Below are positions 24,403-35,777 of a DNA stretch of 64,000 nucleotides, piece by piece. The notes under the pieces are model-generated. The model was not told where the DNA came from. It ran no database searches and saw only the letters and a program-made list of their open reading frames with translations. Position 1 is the stretch's first letter. Each line of letters begins with the position of its first letter. The DNA is from an uncultured cyanobacterium (GTDB lineage Bacteria > Cyanobacteriota > Cyanobacteriia > Leptolyngbyales > Leptolyngbyaceae), in NCBI GenBank assembly GCA_963766075.1, contig CAVYAN010000105.1, positions 1-64,000 on the forward strand, written 5' to 3'. The position numbers and the translations under genes are program-made.

Positions 24403-24641
24403 ATTTGGGCACAGCAATCGCGCAAAGGTACGGAGATTCTTCGGAGATTACGGAAGCGATCTGTCCCTGAGTCTGCTTTCATCACAGAGGGTACTGACAT
24501 AGCCCATTCGATCAGCGTCCAATCCGCAGAGGTCAGTAGCAACCGTTCTCCAACCGTTGAGTTGACTCGTGAGAGTAAACCCCTAGGTGTGACGCTAGTA
24601 ATCTTTTCACCGTTTTACAGTTGACTCGCCACCCTGCCAGT

Positions 24642-26149
24642 GTGATTACCCTTACCCTTCTCCACCCTGTACAAGCCACCCCCGTTCAAAGCTGGACCTT
24701 TGAGCAAGAATCAGTGCTCCGGATTGGACGCGCCACCGACAACCACGTCATCTTGTACAGTGCCGTGGTGTCGCGCCATCACGTAGAACTGCGCCACCGT
24801 CCGCCCAATACCTGGGAAATTGTCAGCCTAGGCGCAAACGGCACCTATCTGGAAGGCAAGCAAATTACCCAAGTGCCAGTAATGAATGGCACGATCATTC
24901 GGTTGGCGCGCTCAGGGCCGAATTTACAAATTCACTTTGATGTAGAACAGTCGCTGGACATGCCGCCCCAGCAGAACCGCACGTTCAACCCGCTGCGAGC
25001 GGCACATCGCCCTGCGGCAAATGGCGTTAGTCCAGAGCCTCCCACTTTAAAAGATCAGCGCGAAACGCCCATCGCTGCCGAGCAGGCCGGCCCTGATACA
25101 GTGCTCACAGCACCCAGAACCCAGCTAGATGCCCCTTTCCTCAAAGCCGAGGGCCTGCGGCGACAGGTCGCTCGCCACGAAACCCTGTTTGATGTCAAGA
25201 TCCCACGGGATCGCGCTGCCCCCCCGGTTGGCCAGTCTCCCTGCCAGCATCAGCGGGCGGGAGCTGACATGCTGTTTTGTCCAGACTGCGGGCATCCGGT
25301 GCAGGTGTTGCGCACGTTAGGGGACTATCAAATTCTGAAAACCCTAGGATCGAATGGCCTGGTTGTGACTCAGTTAGGGTGGCGGAGGGGACAAAATGTA
25401 TTGATCAAGTCGCTGGAACCGCGCTGGAGTAACCATCCCGAGGCGATCGCGGGCTTTAGTCAACGCGCCCAAATCCTCGCCTCCTTGCACCATCCCAATC
25501 TGCCCCGAGCCATCGAATTCCTGACCGTTGAAAATCAGCCCTATTGGGTTATGGAGCAAAGCCGTGGCCAGGGCCTGAAGGATCTGGTTGCCACCCAGGG
25601 GCCGCTGTCTCCCCCCAAGCGATCGCCTTGATTGCCCAGGTCTGTGACGTGCTGGTTTACCTGCATCAGCAATCTCCCCCCTTGATCCACAAATCCCTCA
25701 GGCCCGAACATCTTCTCTATCAAGCGGTGGCACCCGGCGTGTACCGAGTGACCGTGAATGGACTGCTGGCCTTGCCTGTCCCCGTAAAGCAGAGTTTTGC
25801 GGCCAATGGGTACGTTGCTCCCGAACAGACCACCGGGCATATCGGCCCCAGCCTAGACTTATTTGCCCTCGGCTTAGTCTTGCTCTATCTATTGACTGGA
25901 CAAGAGCCTCAGGCGTTTTATGGAACGCGGGACACGGGAACCGGCATCGCAATCCCAGATCTGCCGGGGGTTACACCGGATCTGCTAGCCATTCTGCGAA
26001 AACTGACCGAACCCCTGCCCACCCAACGGTACGCCACCGCCCGCGAAGTGGCGGCGGCGTTATCTCAAGTCAAGGCCCAAATCGGCCTAGAGCCAAGGTC
26101 AGTCGGTCCAGTAGTCAGCCCAATCACCCATAATCAACCCAATCACTAG
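24642..26149 (+). CDS. FHA + Zn-ribbon + degenerate Ser/Thr kinase domain, frameshift at C6 25611-25616
   Basis: FHA motifs IGRATDN..SRHH..GANGT; CPDCG; kinase fold LHHPNLP, GYVAPEQ, DLFALG, but HRD and DFG are lost. Confidence 0.8.
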
Positions 26150-26155
26150 ATCGCC

Positions 26156-27871
26156 TTAGGTCACTGCTCCAGGGGACGCGGTCGGCTCCGCCCCAAAGCT
26201 GTAAATCATCTGAGTCTGCAAAGGCACGGCCAGGGAGGATAGGCTCTGAGTAAGGGGCCAATGCTGGTGCGCGAGCTGGACCTGTAATCCGGTCAGGGGA
26301 TCGGATCCCGGAGAAACGATGAATTCCAGTTGCTTGAGGCCAGGAAAAGTGGCGATCTGATCCAGAATCTGAGCGATCGCCTGCCGATCAGGATGCCGGG
26401 GATCGGCGTACCATTCGCTGGCGGCTTGGCCCGCTTCAAAGCCCAAATGCACAATAAAGGTAGCGCCACTAAACAACGCGGACGCCACAGGACGCGCCTC
26501 TTCTTGAAGCGAGAAGTGCTGCGCCTTGGCCAGATAGCGGATTTTTTCAAGCCGCTCGTAGCGTTGCGCGCTGGTGAGGGGATCATCGGACCAATGCAGG
26601 GCGATCGTCGATCGATAGGTCTGTAGCATCAGGTGGCCCAGCTTTTCCGCTTTGGTGGTGAGGTAGCTGGAGTTATAGAGGGTGGCTTCGATCAGCAGGG
26701 GGAGGCGATCGACCATTTCTAACCCATAGCCCTTTAGTCCGGCGATCTTGCGGGGATTATTTGTGATTAGACGAATTTTATGCACCCCCAGATCATTCAA
26801 AATTTGCGCCCCGACCCCATAGTCCCGCAGATCTGCTGGAAACCCCAGGCGCTCGTTGGCTTCTACAGTATCCAATCCCATATCCTGGAGGGAGTAAGCT
26901 TTCAGCTTATTGATTAAGCCAATGCCCCGCCCTTCTTGGCGCAGATACACAACTACGCCTTGACCAGCAGCCTCCACCATCTTCAAAGCCGCTTGCAATT
27001 GCATCCGACAGTCGCACCGGAGGGAACCCAAGGCATCGCCTGTGAGACACTCGGAGTGCATCCGCACCATAACGGGCTGATCCTTGAAGGTCGCTGGATC
27101 GCCCTTCACGATCGCCACATGTTCGGCGTTATCGAGCAAATTGCGATAACCGTAAATCTTAAACTGCCCAAACTGTGACGGCATGTCCGCCACAGTTTCT
27201 CGCCGGACAAAGCGCTCATGCTGCAAGCGATAGCTAATCAGGTCAGCAATACTAATGATTTTGAGGTGATGCACGCGGGCATAGTCAATTAATTCCGGCA
27301 GGCGGGCCATGGAACCATCAGGGTTTTGGATTTCGCAAATCACCCCGGCGGGATACAGTCCAGCCATACAGGCCAGATCGACAGCGGCTTCGGTATGTCC
27401 GGCCCGTTTCAGAACGCCACCCTCCCGCGATCGCAGCGGAAAAATGTGCCCCGGACGGCGCAAATCATTGGGGCGAGTCTGGGGATTCAGGGTCACCTGA
27501 ATGGTGCGAGCCCGATCTTCAGCGGAAATACCCGTCGTCACCCCCTCACGCGGAGAGGCGTCAATGCTAACGGTAAAGGCTGTCTGATTACTATCCGTGT
27601 TGTTGGACACCATTAGGGGCAGATCCAACTCATCCAGCCGTGCCCCGGTCATAGCGAGACAAATTAATCCCCGCGCATAAACCGCCATAAAGTTAATCAA
27701 ATCGGGGGTGGCGAACTGGGCTGCACAGATGATATCGCCTTCATTTTCCCGGTTCTCATCGTCCACCACCACGAGGGCTCGGCCCGCCTTCAGATCCGCT
27801 AAGGCCGATTCGATGGAGTCAAACTGGAAGGGGGCAGTCGCCGCTGCCAATGAACTTGCAGAGAAAGTCAA
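26156..27871 (-). CDS. ribBA: Bifunctional DHBP synthase / GTP cyclohydrolase II with cyanobacterial C-terminal extension
   Basis: [45 protein letters not shown]; start uncertain. Confidence 0.95.
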   Translation of the reverse strand: MTFSASSLAAATAPFQFDSIESALADLKAGRALVVVDDENRENEGDIICAAQFATPDLINFMAVYARGLICLAMTGARLDELDLPLMVSNNTDSNQTAFTVSIDASPREGVTTGISAEDRARTIQVTLNPQTRPNDLRRPGHIFPLRSREGGVLKRAGHTEAAVDLACMAGLYPAGVICEIQNPDGSMARLPELIDYARVHHLKIISIADLISYRLQHERFVRRETVADMPSQFGQFKIYGYRNLLDNAEHVAIVKGDPATFKDQPVMVRMHSECLTGDALGSLRCDCRMQLQAALKMVEAAGQGVVVYLRQEGRGIGLINKLKAYSLQDMGLDTVEANERLGFPADLRDYGVGAQILNDLGVHKIRLITNNPRKIAGLKGYGLEMVDRLPLLIEATLYNSSYLTTKAEKLGHLMLQTYRSTIALHWSDDPLTSAQRYERLEKIRYLAKAQHFSLQEEARPVASALFSGATFIVHLGFEAGQAASEWYADPRHPDRQAIAQILDQIATFPGLKQLEFIVSPGSDPLTGLQVQLAHQHWPLTQSLSSLAVPLQTQMIYSFGAEPTASPGAVT

Positions 27872-28102
27872 AGCGCTAATCCTGTAAAGCAAATAAACCA
27901 AGATTCAGGCCAAGATTCAGGCCGATATTCAAGATTGTAGAACCTTTGTTAGGGGGTGGGTTTGTGTAGGCTCCTGCTCTAGGCTCCGGCCATGACCTAG
28001 CCGGTCGAAAGCGATCGCCGCCGGAGCGCCCAAAACTCACCGCAAGGTACTACAATTCAGCAAACATTCTTGATTCAAAATCCGCAAGTAAGGTGGTTCG
28101 TC

Positions 28103-29160
28103 ATGGGTGAGCAGCAGCGGGTTACCGTGGGTATTGTTGGGGCGTCGGGTTACGGTGGGGTGCAGTTGGTGAGGCTCCTGGTTGATCATCCGCATTTGGA
28201 GCTGGTGTACTTGGGGGGAGATAGCAGTGCTGGCCAGCCCTTTGCCGATCTGTATCCTCACCTGAGCCATCGAATTCCGCAGGTGATTGAGCCCGTGGAT
28301 TTAGAAAAAATTGGCGATCGCTGTCAGATCGTGTTTTTGGCGCTACCCAACGGGCTGGCCTGCAATATGGCACCCACCCTAATCGCCAAGGGCTGTAAGG
28401 TGCTGGATCTCTCGGCGGATTATCGCTTTTCGGATTTAGGAACCTACTCCTCGTGGTATGGCGTGGAACGCACGGACGCGGCGGTGGCAGAAACCGCTGT
28501 CTACGGATTGCCGGAACTCTATCGCAGCCGGATTGCTGAAGCGGATTTGATCGGCTGTCCGGGGTGCTATCCAACGGCTAGCCTGCTGGCGATCGCCCCC
28601 TGCTCAAACAGGGACTGATTGTGCCGGAAACCGCCATTATTGATGCCAAATCTGGTACTTCGGGGGGCGGCAGGCAAGCCAAGGTGGGCCTGCTGCTGGC
28701 CGAGGTAGATAACTCCTTTTCTGCCTATGGCGTGGCCCGTCACCGCCACACACCTGAAATTGAAGAGGTCTGTAGCGATCTCGCTGGCCATGAGGTGCTC
28801 ATCCAATTTACGCCTCACCTGATCCCCATGGTGCGCGGCATTTTGGCCACGGTATACGCCACGTTGCGCGATCCCGGCCTAGTGCGGGATGATTTGATCA
28901 CGATTTACACTGCCTTTTACCGCAACTGCCCCTGGGTGAGGGTTTTGCCCAGTGGGGTGTATCCCCAAACCAAATGGGCCTGTGGCACCAATCTTTGTTA
29001 CTTGGGGATCGAGGTTGATCCGCGCACGGGACGGGTAATTGTCCTGTCAGCGATCGACAATCTGATGAAAGGGCAGGCGAGTCAGGCCATTCAGTGCGTC
29101 AATATTATGATGGGCTGGGAAGAAACCCTCGGCTTACCTCAGTTAGCGTTCTACCCCTAA
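28103..29160 (+). CDS. argC: N-acetyl-gamma-glutamyl-phosphate reductase (frameshift at C5 28596-28600)
   Basis: GASGYGG, DLSADYR, YGLPE, PGCYPT; second frame [21 protein letters not shown]. Confidence 0.95.
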
Positions 29161-29233
29161 ACGATGGCTCCTCGATTTTTTCTTCCCGATTTTTCTTCCC
29201 GATTTTTCTTTCCGGTTTTTCTCCACGGTTTTT

Positions 29234-29821
29234 ATGGCTTTTCACCCTAGGATGTCTTGGCGCAGAATCTCTTGGCGCGGCATCTCCCGACGCACAGTTT
29301 TCAGCGGTCTGCTCGCAGTCTGTCTATCGTTTGTACTCGGCAGCGGGTTGCCGGTCTGGGCCATGGGCGGGCCTCAGCCCACGCTGAATCAGCCCGCACC
29401 GAGTTTTACCCTACCCACCAATACGGGCGAGGGGGCGATCTCCCTGGCCGACTACCGGGGCCAGTGGGTGGTCGCCTACTTCTATCCCAAGGACTTCACA
29501 TCAGGCTGCACGTTGGAGGCCCGACGCTTCCAGCAAGACTTGCCCCAATACAGGGCTAAAAACACTCAAATTCTGGGGATCAGTGTGGATTCGGTGGATT
29601 CCCATGCCGAGTTTTGTGATTCCGAAGGCTTGAAGTTTCCCTTGCTGGCAGATACCGATGGGAGCGTGAGTAAAGCCTATGGGTCTTGGCTGGGAGCGGT
29701 GGCGCTGCGTCACACCTATGTAATCGATCCGGACGGGGTGCTACGGGCCATTTTTACTGGGGTGAATCCCGCCATTCACAGTCAGGAAGTATTGGCCAAG
29801 CTGGAGGAATTACAGTCCTAA
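29234..29821 (+). CDS. bcp: Peroxiredoxin Q/BCP with N-terminal export signal
   Basis: YFYPKDFTSGCTLEA, SVD..DSH..FC; N-terminal RR followed by a hydrophobic stretch. Confidence 0.9.
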   Translation: MAFHPRMSWRRISWRGISRRTVFSGLLAVCLSFVLGSGLPVWAMGGPQPTLNQPAPSFTLPTNTGEGAISLADYRGQWVVAYFYPKDFTSGCTLEARRFQQDLPQYRAKNTQILGISVDSVDSHAEFCDSEGLKFPLLADTDGSVSKAYGSWLGAVALRHTYVIDPDGVLRAIFTGVNPAIHSQEVLAKLEELQS

Positions 29822-29855
29822 AGATCCCCGGCATTTTTAGAAATGCCGGGGATCT
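29822..29855. terminator. Perfect 15-bp hairpin between convergent genes
   Basis: AGATCCCCGGCATTT-TTAG-AAATGCCGGGGATCT. Confidence 0.7.
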
Positions 29856-29886
29856 AAATTCAGGAAGGCATCGATCGCAAATCCGG

Positions 29887-30084
29887 CTAACCGTCTGGAA
29901 ACTGCCAACAGGCGATCGCTTCGACCCGACTACTGCCACAGACGCAGGGGGTCGGTTTCGAGGCCACCCATTCGCGATCGCATTGCCGACAGTGACAGAA
30001 CACGTTGTGCTGATTCAACTCGGCCACCACGCGGCGTCCGAGGGCCACTTCCTCGGGCGTTAGTTGCTTGGGCAGATCGGCCAT
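29887..30084 (-). CDS. Small Cys-rich (zinc-ribbon-like) protein
   Basis: HCRQC..EW..CVCGS..CWQFPDG; GAGG SD. Confidence 0.75.
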   Translation of the reverse strand: MADLPKQLTPEEVALGRRVVAELNQHNVFCHCRQCDREWVASKPTPCVCGSSRVEAIACWQFPDG

Positions 30085-30209
30085 AGAAACCTCTAGGTCA
30101 AAGCGGCAGAGTCAAAGCGGCGGAAGGTCAAGGCGAGGGAAGGGCCAAGACGGTGGGAATGAACGCCAAAAACCACCATTCCCACACATCCAAGCATTCG
30201 GGAGGGGCG

Positions 30210-30956
30210 TTAAGCAGCGACACGGACACGGCTGACGGTGGCAAGAGCTTCGACAAGGCTACGCACCGCCGCTACCATGGCAATTTCGCTGTTGAGCTGA
30301 TTGATTGCAGAACCAACCCCAACGCCAGCAGCCCCAGCCGCGATCGCCAAGGGCACCGTCACACTAGACAAGCCAGAAGCACAGAGCACGGGCACAGACA
30401 CCACACGGGAAATTTCGGCGGCGGCGGCCAGGGTGGGGGCCGCTTTTTCAATCAAACCCAAGGTACCGGGATGCATGGGGCTGCTGCTGGTGCCACCTTC
30501 AGTTTGGATCATGTCTGCTCCAGCGTTCACCAGATCTTCTGCCAGAGACACTTGTTGATCCAACGGCAGGATATGGGGAACCGTCACAGACAGGAAAATT
30601 TGCGGCAGCAAAGCACGCGTCGCCTGGGTCAGGGCCAGCACTTCAGCCGCTTCAAATCGACGACCCTGGGCATAAAAGCTGTCAAAGTTACCGATTTCGA
30701 TTAGGTCAGCTCCGGCAGCAACGGCAGCCACAAATTGGTCAGGCTCCACGGCGGAAACGCAAATGGGCAGATCGGTCAGTTGCTTGGCTAAGCGGACCAA
30801 TTCCGGCTGGGCAGCAATATCCACAAAGGTGGCTCCCCCCTGATCAGCCGCCCGAACCACCGACGCGGTGCAATCGCGATCAAAATTGTTTAACCCACTG
30901 ATTACTTTCAGCGCCTGCCCCTGAATCAGAGCCTTATGTAGTGTTGCAATAGTCAT
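30210..30956 (-). CDS. ycf23: DUF561 / Ycf23 family protein
   Basis: LKVISGLNNFD, EIGNFDSFY, LSVTVPH, IQTEGG. Confidence 0.9.
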   Translation of the reverse strand: MTIATLHKALIQGQALKVISGLNNFDRDCTASVVRAADQGGATFVDIAAQPELVRLAKQLTDLPICVSAVEPDQFVAAVAAGADLIEIGNFDSFYAQGRRFEAAEVLALTQATRALLPQIFLSVTVPHILPLDQQVSLAEDLVNAGADMIQTEGGTSSSPMHPGTLGLIEKAAPTLAAAAEISRVVSVPVLCASGLSSVTVPLAIAAGAAGVGVGSAINQLNSEIAMVAAVRSLVEALATVSRVRVAA

Positions 30957-31067
30957 AGTGCTTCTCACCGAAAATCGTACAGATCATTCTGACACTGAAT
31001 CGCCCGTTCTGGTGTGTCCACCCTGGACTCTTCTCGCCACCCCGGCCCGACCCACCCACGGCCACCA

Positions 31068-32612
31068 CTACTCCTCGCCAAAATAAAATCCCCGGAGAAA
31101 ACTAACCAAGCTGCTCAAGGAAGACAGGGTAGGAATTTTCACGGGCAAACGCGGTGCATTTTCGTCGTCGGGCAGAGGGGCGATCGCCTGCTTGCCAAAA
31201 AATGGATGGCTATAGAGCAGCAATGTTTGCCCCTTGGAGTTGACTAGGGTGGTGCGCGTGGGAGCCTGCAGGAACTTTAGTTTACTAAGGCTGCGCAGGG
31301 ACGCGTCGGAGAGCTTGATCTGCTCAGTTTGACGCAACACTCCTTGCAGCATCGTCTGGACCGCCGGAAACGCCTCGCCAAAGTGATGATCGATTTGTTC
31401 AGGAATGAGTAGAGCCAGGAGGCTGTAGAGCGCTCGATAAGACGCGATCGCATCTTTAAACGGCAAAATGGACACAAAGGCCACCACAAAAAGCTGCGCA
31501 TCACTAGCCGCTTCAAACGTCAAAGTAGTCCGCCTTCTGCCAATGTGCAGATTAGGCACCGGCACTGGCAATGCATAGTACTGACAAATTTGGCGATAGG
31601 TCAGCGCCAAATTAGAGTGGGCATCATGGTCCAGGGCTGTATCAACCACTAGACGCACCGTAGGAGGAGAGTCCTGAAAAAAGTCCTTAAAGCCACTCCC
31701 AAACCGACGCATATTGCTTTGGTCCCCATTGGGACTCATATCAACCCAGTCACAAATGAGGCCATCGGTTTTAATCCCAAACCGCCAAACTCCATACAAC
31801 TTCGACCCCGTCAGAGTTGCCCCACTCAGATCCGCACCCGACCAATCCGCATCAATCAAGTTCGCACGCGAGAGATCTGTATGCACCAGACTCGTCCCCG
31901 TGAGATTAGCGTTGCTCAGATTCACGCCCGATAATGTTGCGCCACTCAGTTTCGCGCCACTCAGATCAGCGCCACTGAGATTAGCGCCATTTAGATCTGC
32001 CCAGCGCAAATTAGCGCCGCTCAAATTTGCACCCCGGAGATTAGCACGGTTTAAATTAACCTGACGCAGCTCAGCATTGCTCAGATCGGCACTACTGAGA
32101 TCAGCACTACTGAGATCAGCGCCATGCAGATTTGCATGCATGAGATTCGCCGCTGATAGCACCGCCCAGCGCAGATCGGCGCGGCTAAGATTAGCATGGG
32201 TCAGGTCAGCATTACGTAGTTTAGCGTTCTTCAGGTCGGCACCACTGAAATTAACCCCCACTAAGGTGGCGTGGCTCAGGTCGGCGCGTTCTAGCTCGGC
32301 GCGGACCAAGGAAGCGTAACTGAGATCAGCCCCTTCCAATGTGGCCAGCACCAAATTAGCCACATTGAGATTGGCTTCCCGCAAATTGGCATGGCTAAAG
32401 TTGGTACCACTGAGACGGCTAACGTTGAGCTGGGCCTGTTGTAGGTTGGCGTGGCTAAAGTTACTACTGCTCAGATTAGCAACACTCAGGCTGGCCCCTG
32501 TAAAGTTAGCGTGGCTCAGGTTGACGCCGGACAGGGCCGCCTCGGTGAGTTTGATTGTGGGGAAATTGCGCTGTCCCGCAGCGTACTGGTTCAGAAGATC
32601 CTCGGCGTTCAT
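31068..32612 (-). CDS. Pentapeptide repeat protein with C-terminal domain
   Basis: YAAGQRNF N-terminus, then about 50 A(D/N)LxX repeats. Confidence 0.9.
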   Translation of the reverse strand: MNAEDLLNQYAAGQRNFPTIKLTEAALSGVNLSHANFTGASLSVANLSSSNFSHANLQQAQLNVSRLSGTNFSHANLREANLNVANLVLATLEGADLSYASLVRAELERADLSHATLVGVNFSGADLKNAKLRNADLTHANLSRADLRWAVLSAANLMHANLHGADLSSADLSSADLSNAELRQVNLNRANLRGANLSGANLRWADLNGANLSGADLSGAKLSGATLSGVNLSNANLTGTSLVHTDLSRANLIDADWSGADLSGATLTGSKLYGVWRFGIKTDGLICDWVDMSPNGDQSNMRRFGSGFKDFFQDSPPTVRLVVDTALDHDAHSNLALTYRQICQYYALPVPVPNLHIGRRRTTLTFEAASDAQLFVVAFVSILPFKDAIASYRALYSLLALLIPEQIDHHFGEAFPAVQTMLQGVLRQTEQIKLSDASLRSLSKLKFLQAPTRTTLVNSKGQTLLLYSHPFFGKQAIAPLPDDENAPRLPVKIPTLSSLSSLVSFLRGFYFGEE

Positions 32613-32841
32613 GGAGATTATCCTTGCAACTATCCCTGTGGGGGCGGCAGATGTGCTGGAGGGGACTGGATTGGCGATGCACTGTATTATCATGCCCAGA
32701 TCCAGTCCTGAAGGATTGTGTGGGTCCTAGGGGCTGGGATCAATCGGGAATTTTATCTCTCGGGTCCATCCCTAGGGTCAACAGAAGGCGCAGGCACCGG
32801 AGACGTAAGGTAAGAAAGACGTAAAGCGAGGGGAGACAGAC

Positions 32842-33708
32842 ATGCTGGAGCGTAGGATGACGATTGGCATTGTGGGGTTGGGGTTGATTGGAGGATCCTT
32901 GGGCTTGGATTTGCGATCGTGCGGACATCGGGTGATCGGCCTGGGTCGGCGGACGGCTACCTGCGAGAGGGCGATCGCCCTGGGCGCGGTGGATGAGGCC
33001 AGCTTAGACGGCGCAAACATGGCAGAAGCAGAAATTGTATTCCTTTGTACGCCCTTATCAGCTATGGTCACCACGGTCAAGGGGCTAACTCCCCACCTTT
33101 CCAGCCAAGCCATCCTGACAGACGTGGGATCGGTTAAGGGCTGGGTGGTTGAGGCGATCGCCCCCTTATGGCCTAATTTTGTCGGCGGTCATCCCATGGC
33201 GGGCACCGCCGAAAGTGGCATTGAGGCCGCACAGCGCCATTTATTTGTCGGGGCGGCCTATGTCCTGACGCCCACAGCCACTACTCCCCCCGCCGCTGTG
33301 CAAGCCGTGGAAGACATCGTGCGCCCGTTGCAAACGCGGATCTATCACTGCCAGCCCGCAGAGCACGACCGGGCCGTGGCCTGGATTTCCCATTTGCCCG
33401 TCATGACCAGCGCCGCTCTGATTGCCGCGTGTTTACAGGAAGCTGATCCCCAGGTGTTGACCTTGGCCCAAGCCCTAGCCAGTTCGGGATTTCGGGATAC
33501 CAGTCGGGTCGGCGGCGGCAATCCCGAACTGGGATTGATGATGGCCCAATATAATCAAGTGGCCCTGATGCAGGCCCTGGCGGGATATCGCGATCGCCTA
33601 GATACCCTCATCGCCCAAATTGCCCAAGACAATTGGGACGGGTTAACGGACATCCTAGAGCTCACCCACCAAGCCCGTCCTCAATTTGTCAAATCCCCCA
33701 ATCTGTAG
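32842..33708 (+). CDS. tyrA: Prephenate/arogenate dehydrogenase
   Basis: GLGLIGGS, TDVGSVK, GGHPMAG, HDRAVAWISHLP, GFRDTSRV. Confidence 0.95.
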   Translation: MLERRMTIGIVGLGLIGGSLGLDLRSCGHRVIGLGRRTATCERAIALGAVDEASLDGANMAEAEIVFLCTPLSAMVTTVKGLTPHLSSQAILTDVGSVKGWVVEAIAPLWPNFVGGHPMAGTAESGIEAAQRHLFVGAAYVLTPTATTPPAAVQAVEDIVRPLQTRIYHCQPAEHDRAVAWISHLPVMTSAALIAACLQEADPQVLTLAQALASSGFRDTSRVGGGNPELGLMMAQYNQVALMQALAGYRDRLDTLIAQIAQDNWDGLTDILELTHQARPQFVKSPNL

Positions 33709-33833
33709 AATTTCTTTGTAGAATTTCAAATCTGCACCATCTAGAAAAAGACGATCCGGAAAAGGACAATCTGAGAAAAGACCGCAAACAGGACCGCAAT
33801 TACGCAAAAAAGACCGCAAGGAAGAGGGCAACG

Positions 33834-35306
33834 GTGACACATCCCCGGATTTTGATTTGGTATCGCCATGATTTGCGTCTGCATGATCACGAGCCCCTGC
33901 ATCGAGCACTACAGATCACGCCCCACGTGATGCCGCTGTACTGTTTTGATCCCCGTCAGTTTGGTCAAACCCAGTTTGGCTTTGCCAAAACCGGAGCCTT
34001 TCGGACCCAATTTTTGCTAGACAGCGTGGCAGATTTGCGCGCCTCCTGGCAGCAGCGGGGCAGCAATCTACTGGTGCGTCAAGGCCAACCAGAGGAGCTG
34101 ATTCCCGCTGTGGTCCAGCAGCTTCAAGTCACGGCGGTGTACGGCTACGGCGAGGTCACTGCCGAGGAACTGGCCGTTGAAACCCAACTGCAACTGGCGT
34201 TAAAGACGTTAGGTGTTAATCTCACGATGTTTTGGGGCCACACCCTTTACCATCGCGATGATTTGCCGTTTACTATCAGGCAACTGCCGGAAGTCTTTAC
34301 CCAATTTCGCCAGCGCATTGAAACCGCCACGGCGGTCAATTCCTGCTGGCCAACGCCCCAAACCTTGTCCGCCCTACCTGAGGACTGCGCGGCGGGATCA
34401 CTGCCCACGTTGGCAGACCTAGGGTGCAGTCCCCCACCCGCAGACGAGCGCGCGGTGCTGCCGTTCCAAGGCGGCGAGACAGCGGGGCAAGACCGTTTGC
34501 AGGCGTATTTCTGGCAGGGCGATCGCCTCCGCACCTACAAAGTCACCCGCAACGGCATGCTCGGAGCCGACTATTCCTCCAAGTTCTCTCCCTGGCTGAC
34601 CCTAGGCTGTCTATCCCCGCGCTATATCTATGAACAGGTAAGCGCCTATGAAACCACCCGAATCAAAAACGATTCCACCTACTGGTTGATTTTTGAGCTG
34701 CTGTGGCGGGACTATTTTCGATTGATTGCCGCGAAACACGGTCACAAGATTTTTCGGGCCTCGGGCCTCCAGGGGATCAGCATTCCCTGGCAGCAGGACT
34801 GGCAGCGCTTTGATTTGTGGCGACAAGGGATGACTGGATTTCCCTTAATTGACGCCAATATGCGGGAATTAGCGTCAACTGGATTCATGTCTAATCGGGG
34901 TCGACAGAACGTGGCCAGTTTTTTAACTAAGAACCTCGGCATTGATTGGCGCATGGGAGCCGAGTGGTTTGAATCGCAACTGATCGACTATGACGTTTGT
35001 AGCAATTGGGGCAACTGGAACTACAGTGCCGGCGTGGGCAACGATGCCCGTGGATTCCGATTTTTTAACATTCAGAAGCAGTCAAAGGACTATGATCCCC
35101 AGGGAGAGTATGTGAAGCATTGGTTACCGGAACTTGCTTTGGTACCAGCGGCGCACGTTCATACACCGTGGACTCTTTTACCCGTTGAGCAGAAACGATT
35201 TCGGGTGCGCTTGGGGGTGGATTATCCTCTGCCTGTGGTGGATCTCTTTAAATCGGCAGCCGTGAATAAGCAGATTTATCTGGAGGCCATGGCCAGGACA
35301 AGCTAA
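33834..35306 (+). CDS. DASH family cryptochrome
   Basis: WYRHDLRLHD, YK.TRNGMLG.DYSSKFSPW, GFMSNRGRQNVASF, DYDVCSNWGNW. Confidence 0.93.
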   Translation: MTHPRILIWYRHDLRLHDHEPLHRALQITPHVMPLYCFDPRQFGQTQFGFAKTGAFRTQFLLDSVADLRASWQQRGSNLLVRQGQPEELIPAVVQQLQVTAVYGYGEVTAEELAVETQLQLALKTLGVNLTMFWGHTLYHRDDLPFTIRQLPEVFTQFRQRIETATAVNSCWPTPQTLSALPEDCAAGSLPTLADLGCSPPPADERAVLPFQGGETAGQDRLQAYFWQGDRLRTYKVTRNGMLGADYSSKFSPWLTLGCLSPRYIYEQVSAYETTRIKNDSTYWLIFELLWRDYFRLIAAKHGHKIFRASGLQGISIPWQQDWQRFDLWRQGMTGFPLIDANMRELASTGFMSNRGRQNVASFLTKNLGIDWRMGAEWFESQLIDYDVCSNWGNWNYSAGVGNDARGFRFFNIQKQSKDYDPQGEYVKHWLPELALVPAAHVHTPWTLLPVEQKRFRVRLGVDYPLPVVDLFKSAAVNKQIYLEAMARTS

Positions 35307-35647
35307 GCACCACGCACCCGCTGCATGGGGAAACTGCTGGGGCGGGCACGGCAGGTTTTGATAATTTCCGTCAGGCGGGGCGGGGTCTGGCCGGTGGCAG
35401 AGATTTGTTGGTTGAGGATTTGAAATTCTGGATAGGTGTAGGTGGATTGAATGCCGTTGATAATGCAGCGGCAAATCGTCGAGGCTTGGCCACTGCGTCC
35501 CGCAGAGCAGTCTTTAATATACTGATCAATCACGGGTTGGGGATAAGGATTGCGGGGGTTGGCACTGCTCGCGACCTCGGGAAGGACGGCCAACAACCCC
35601 GTAGCGAAGGTCAAGGAAACTACCAAAATTAGAGAAGATAGGCGCAT
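35303..35647 (-). CDS. Secreted hypothetical protein with Cys pairs
   Basis: Signal peptide, then YP..V...Y..DC...CRC..I...Y...C. Confidence 0.7.
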   Translation of the reverse strand: MRLSSLILVVSLTFATGLLAVLPEVASSANPRNPYPQPVIDQYIKDCSAGRSGQASTICRCIINGIQSTYTYPEFQILNQQISATGQTPPRLTEIIKTCRARPSSFPMQRVRGA

Positions 35648-35777
35648 AGGGGTGAAGATAGGCGATCGCCAAGGGATCTATTCAAGGCTTGACGTCTGCC
35701 GCTCTGAAAAGTTTCTGGCCCCCTCTCCGGACATTCGCCATCTTTGCCTCCTGCCAATTTACGGGTGCCTGGGGACA

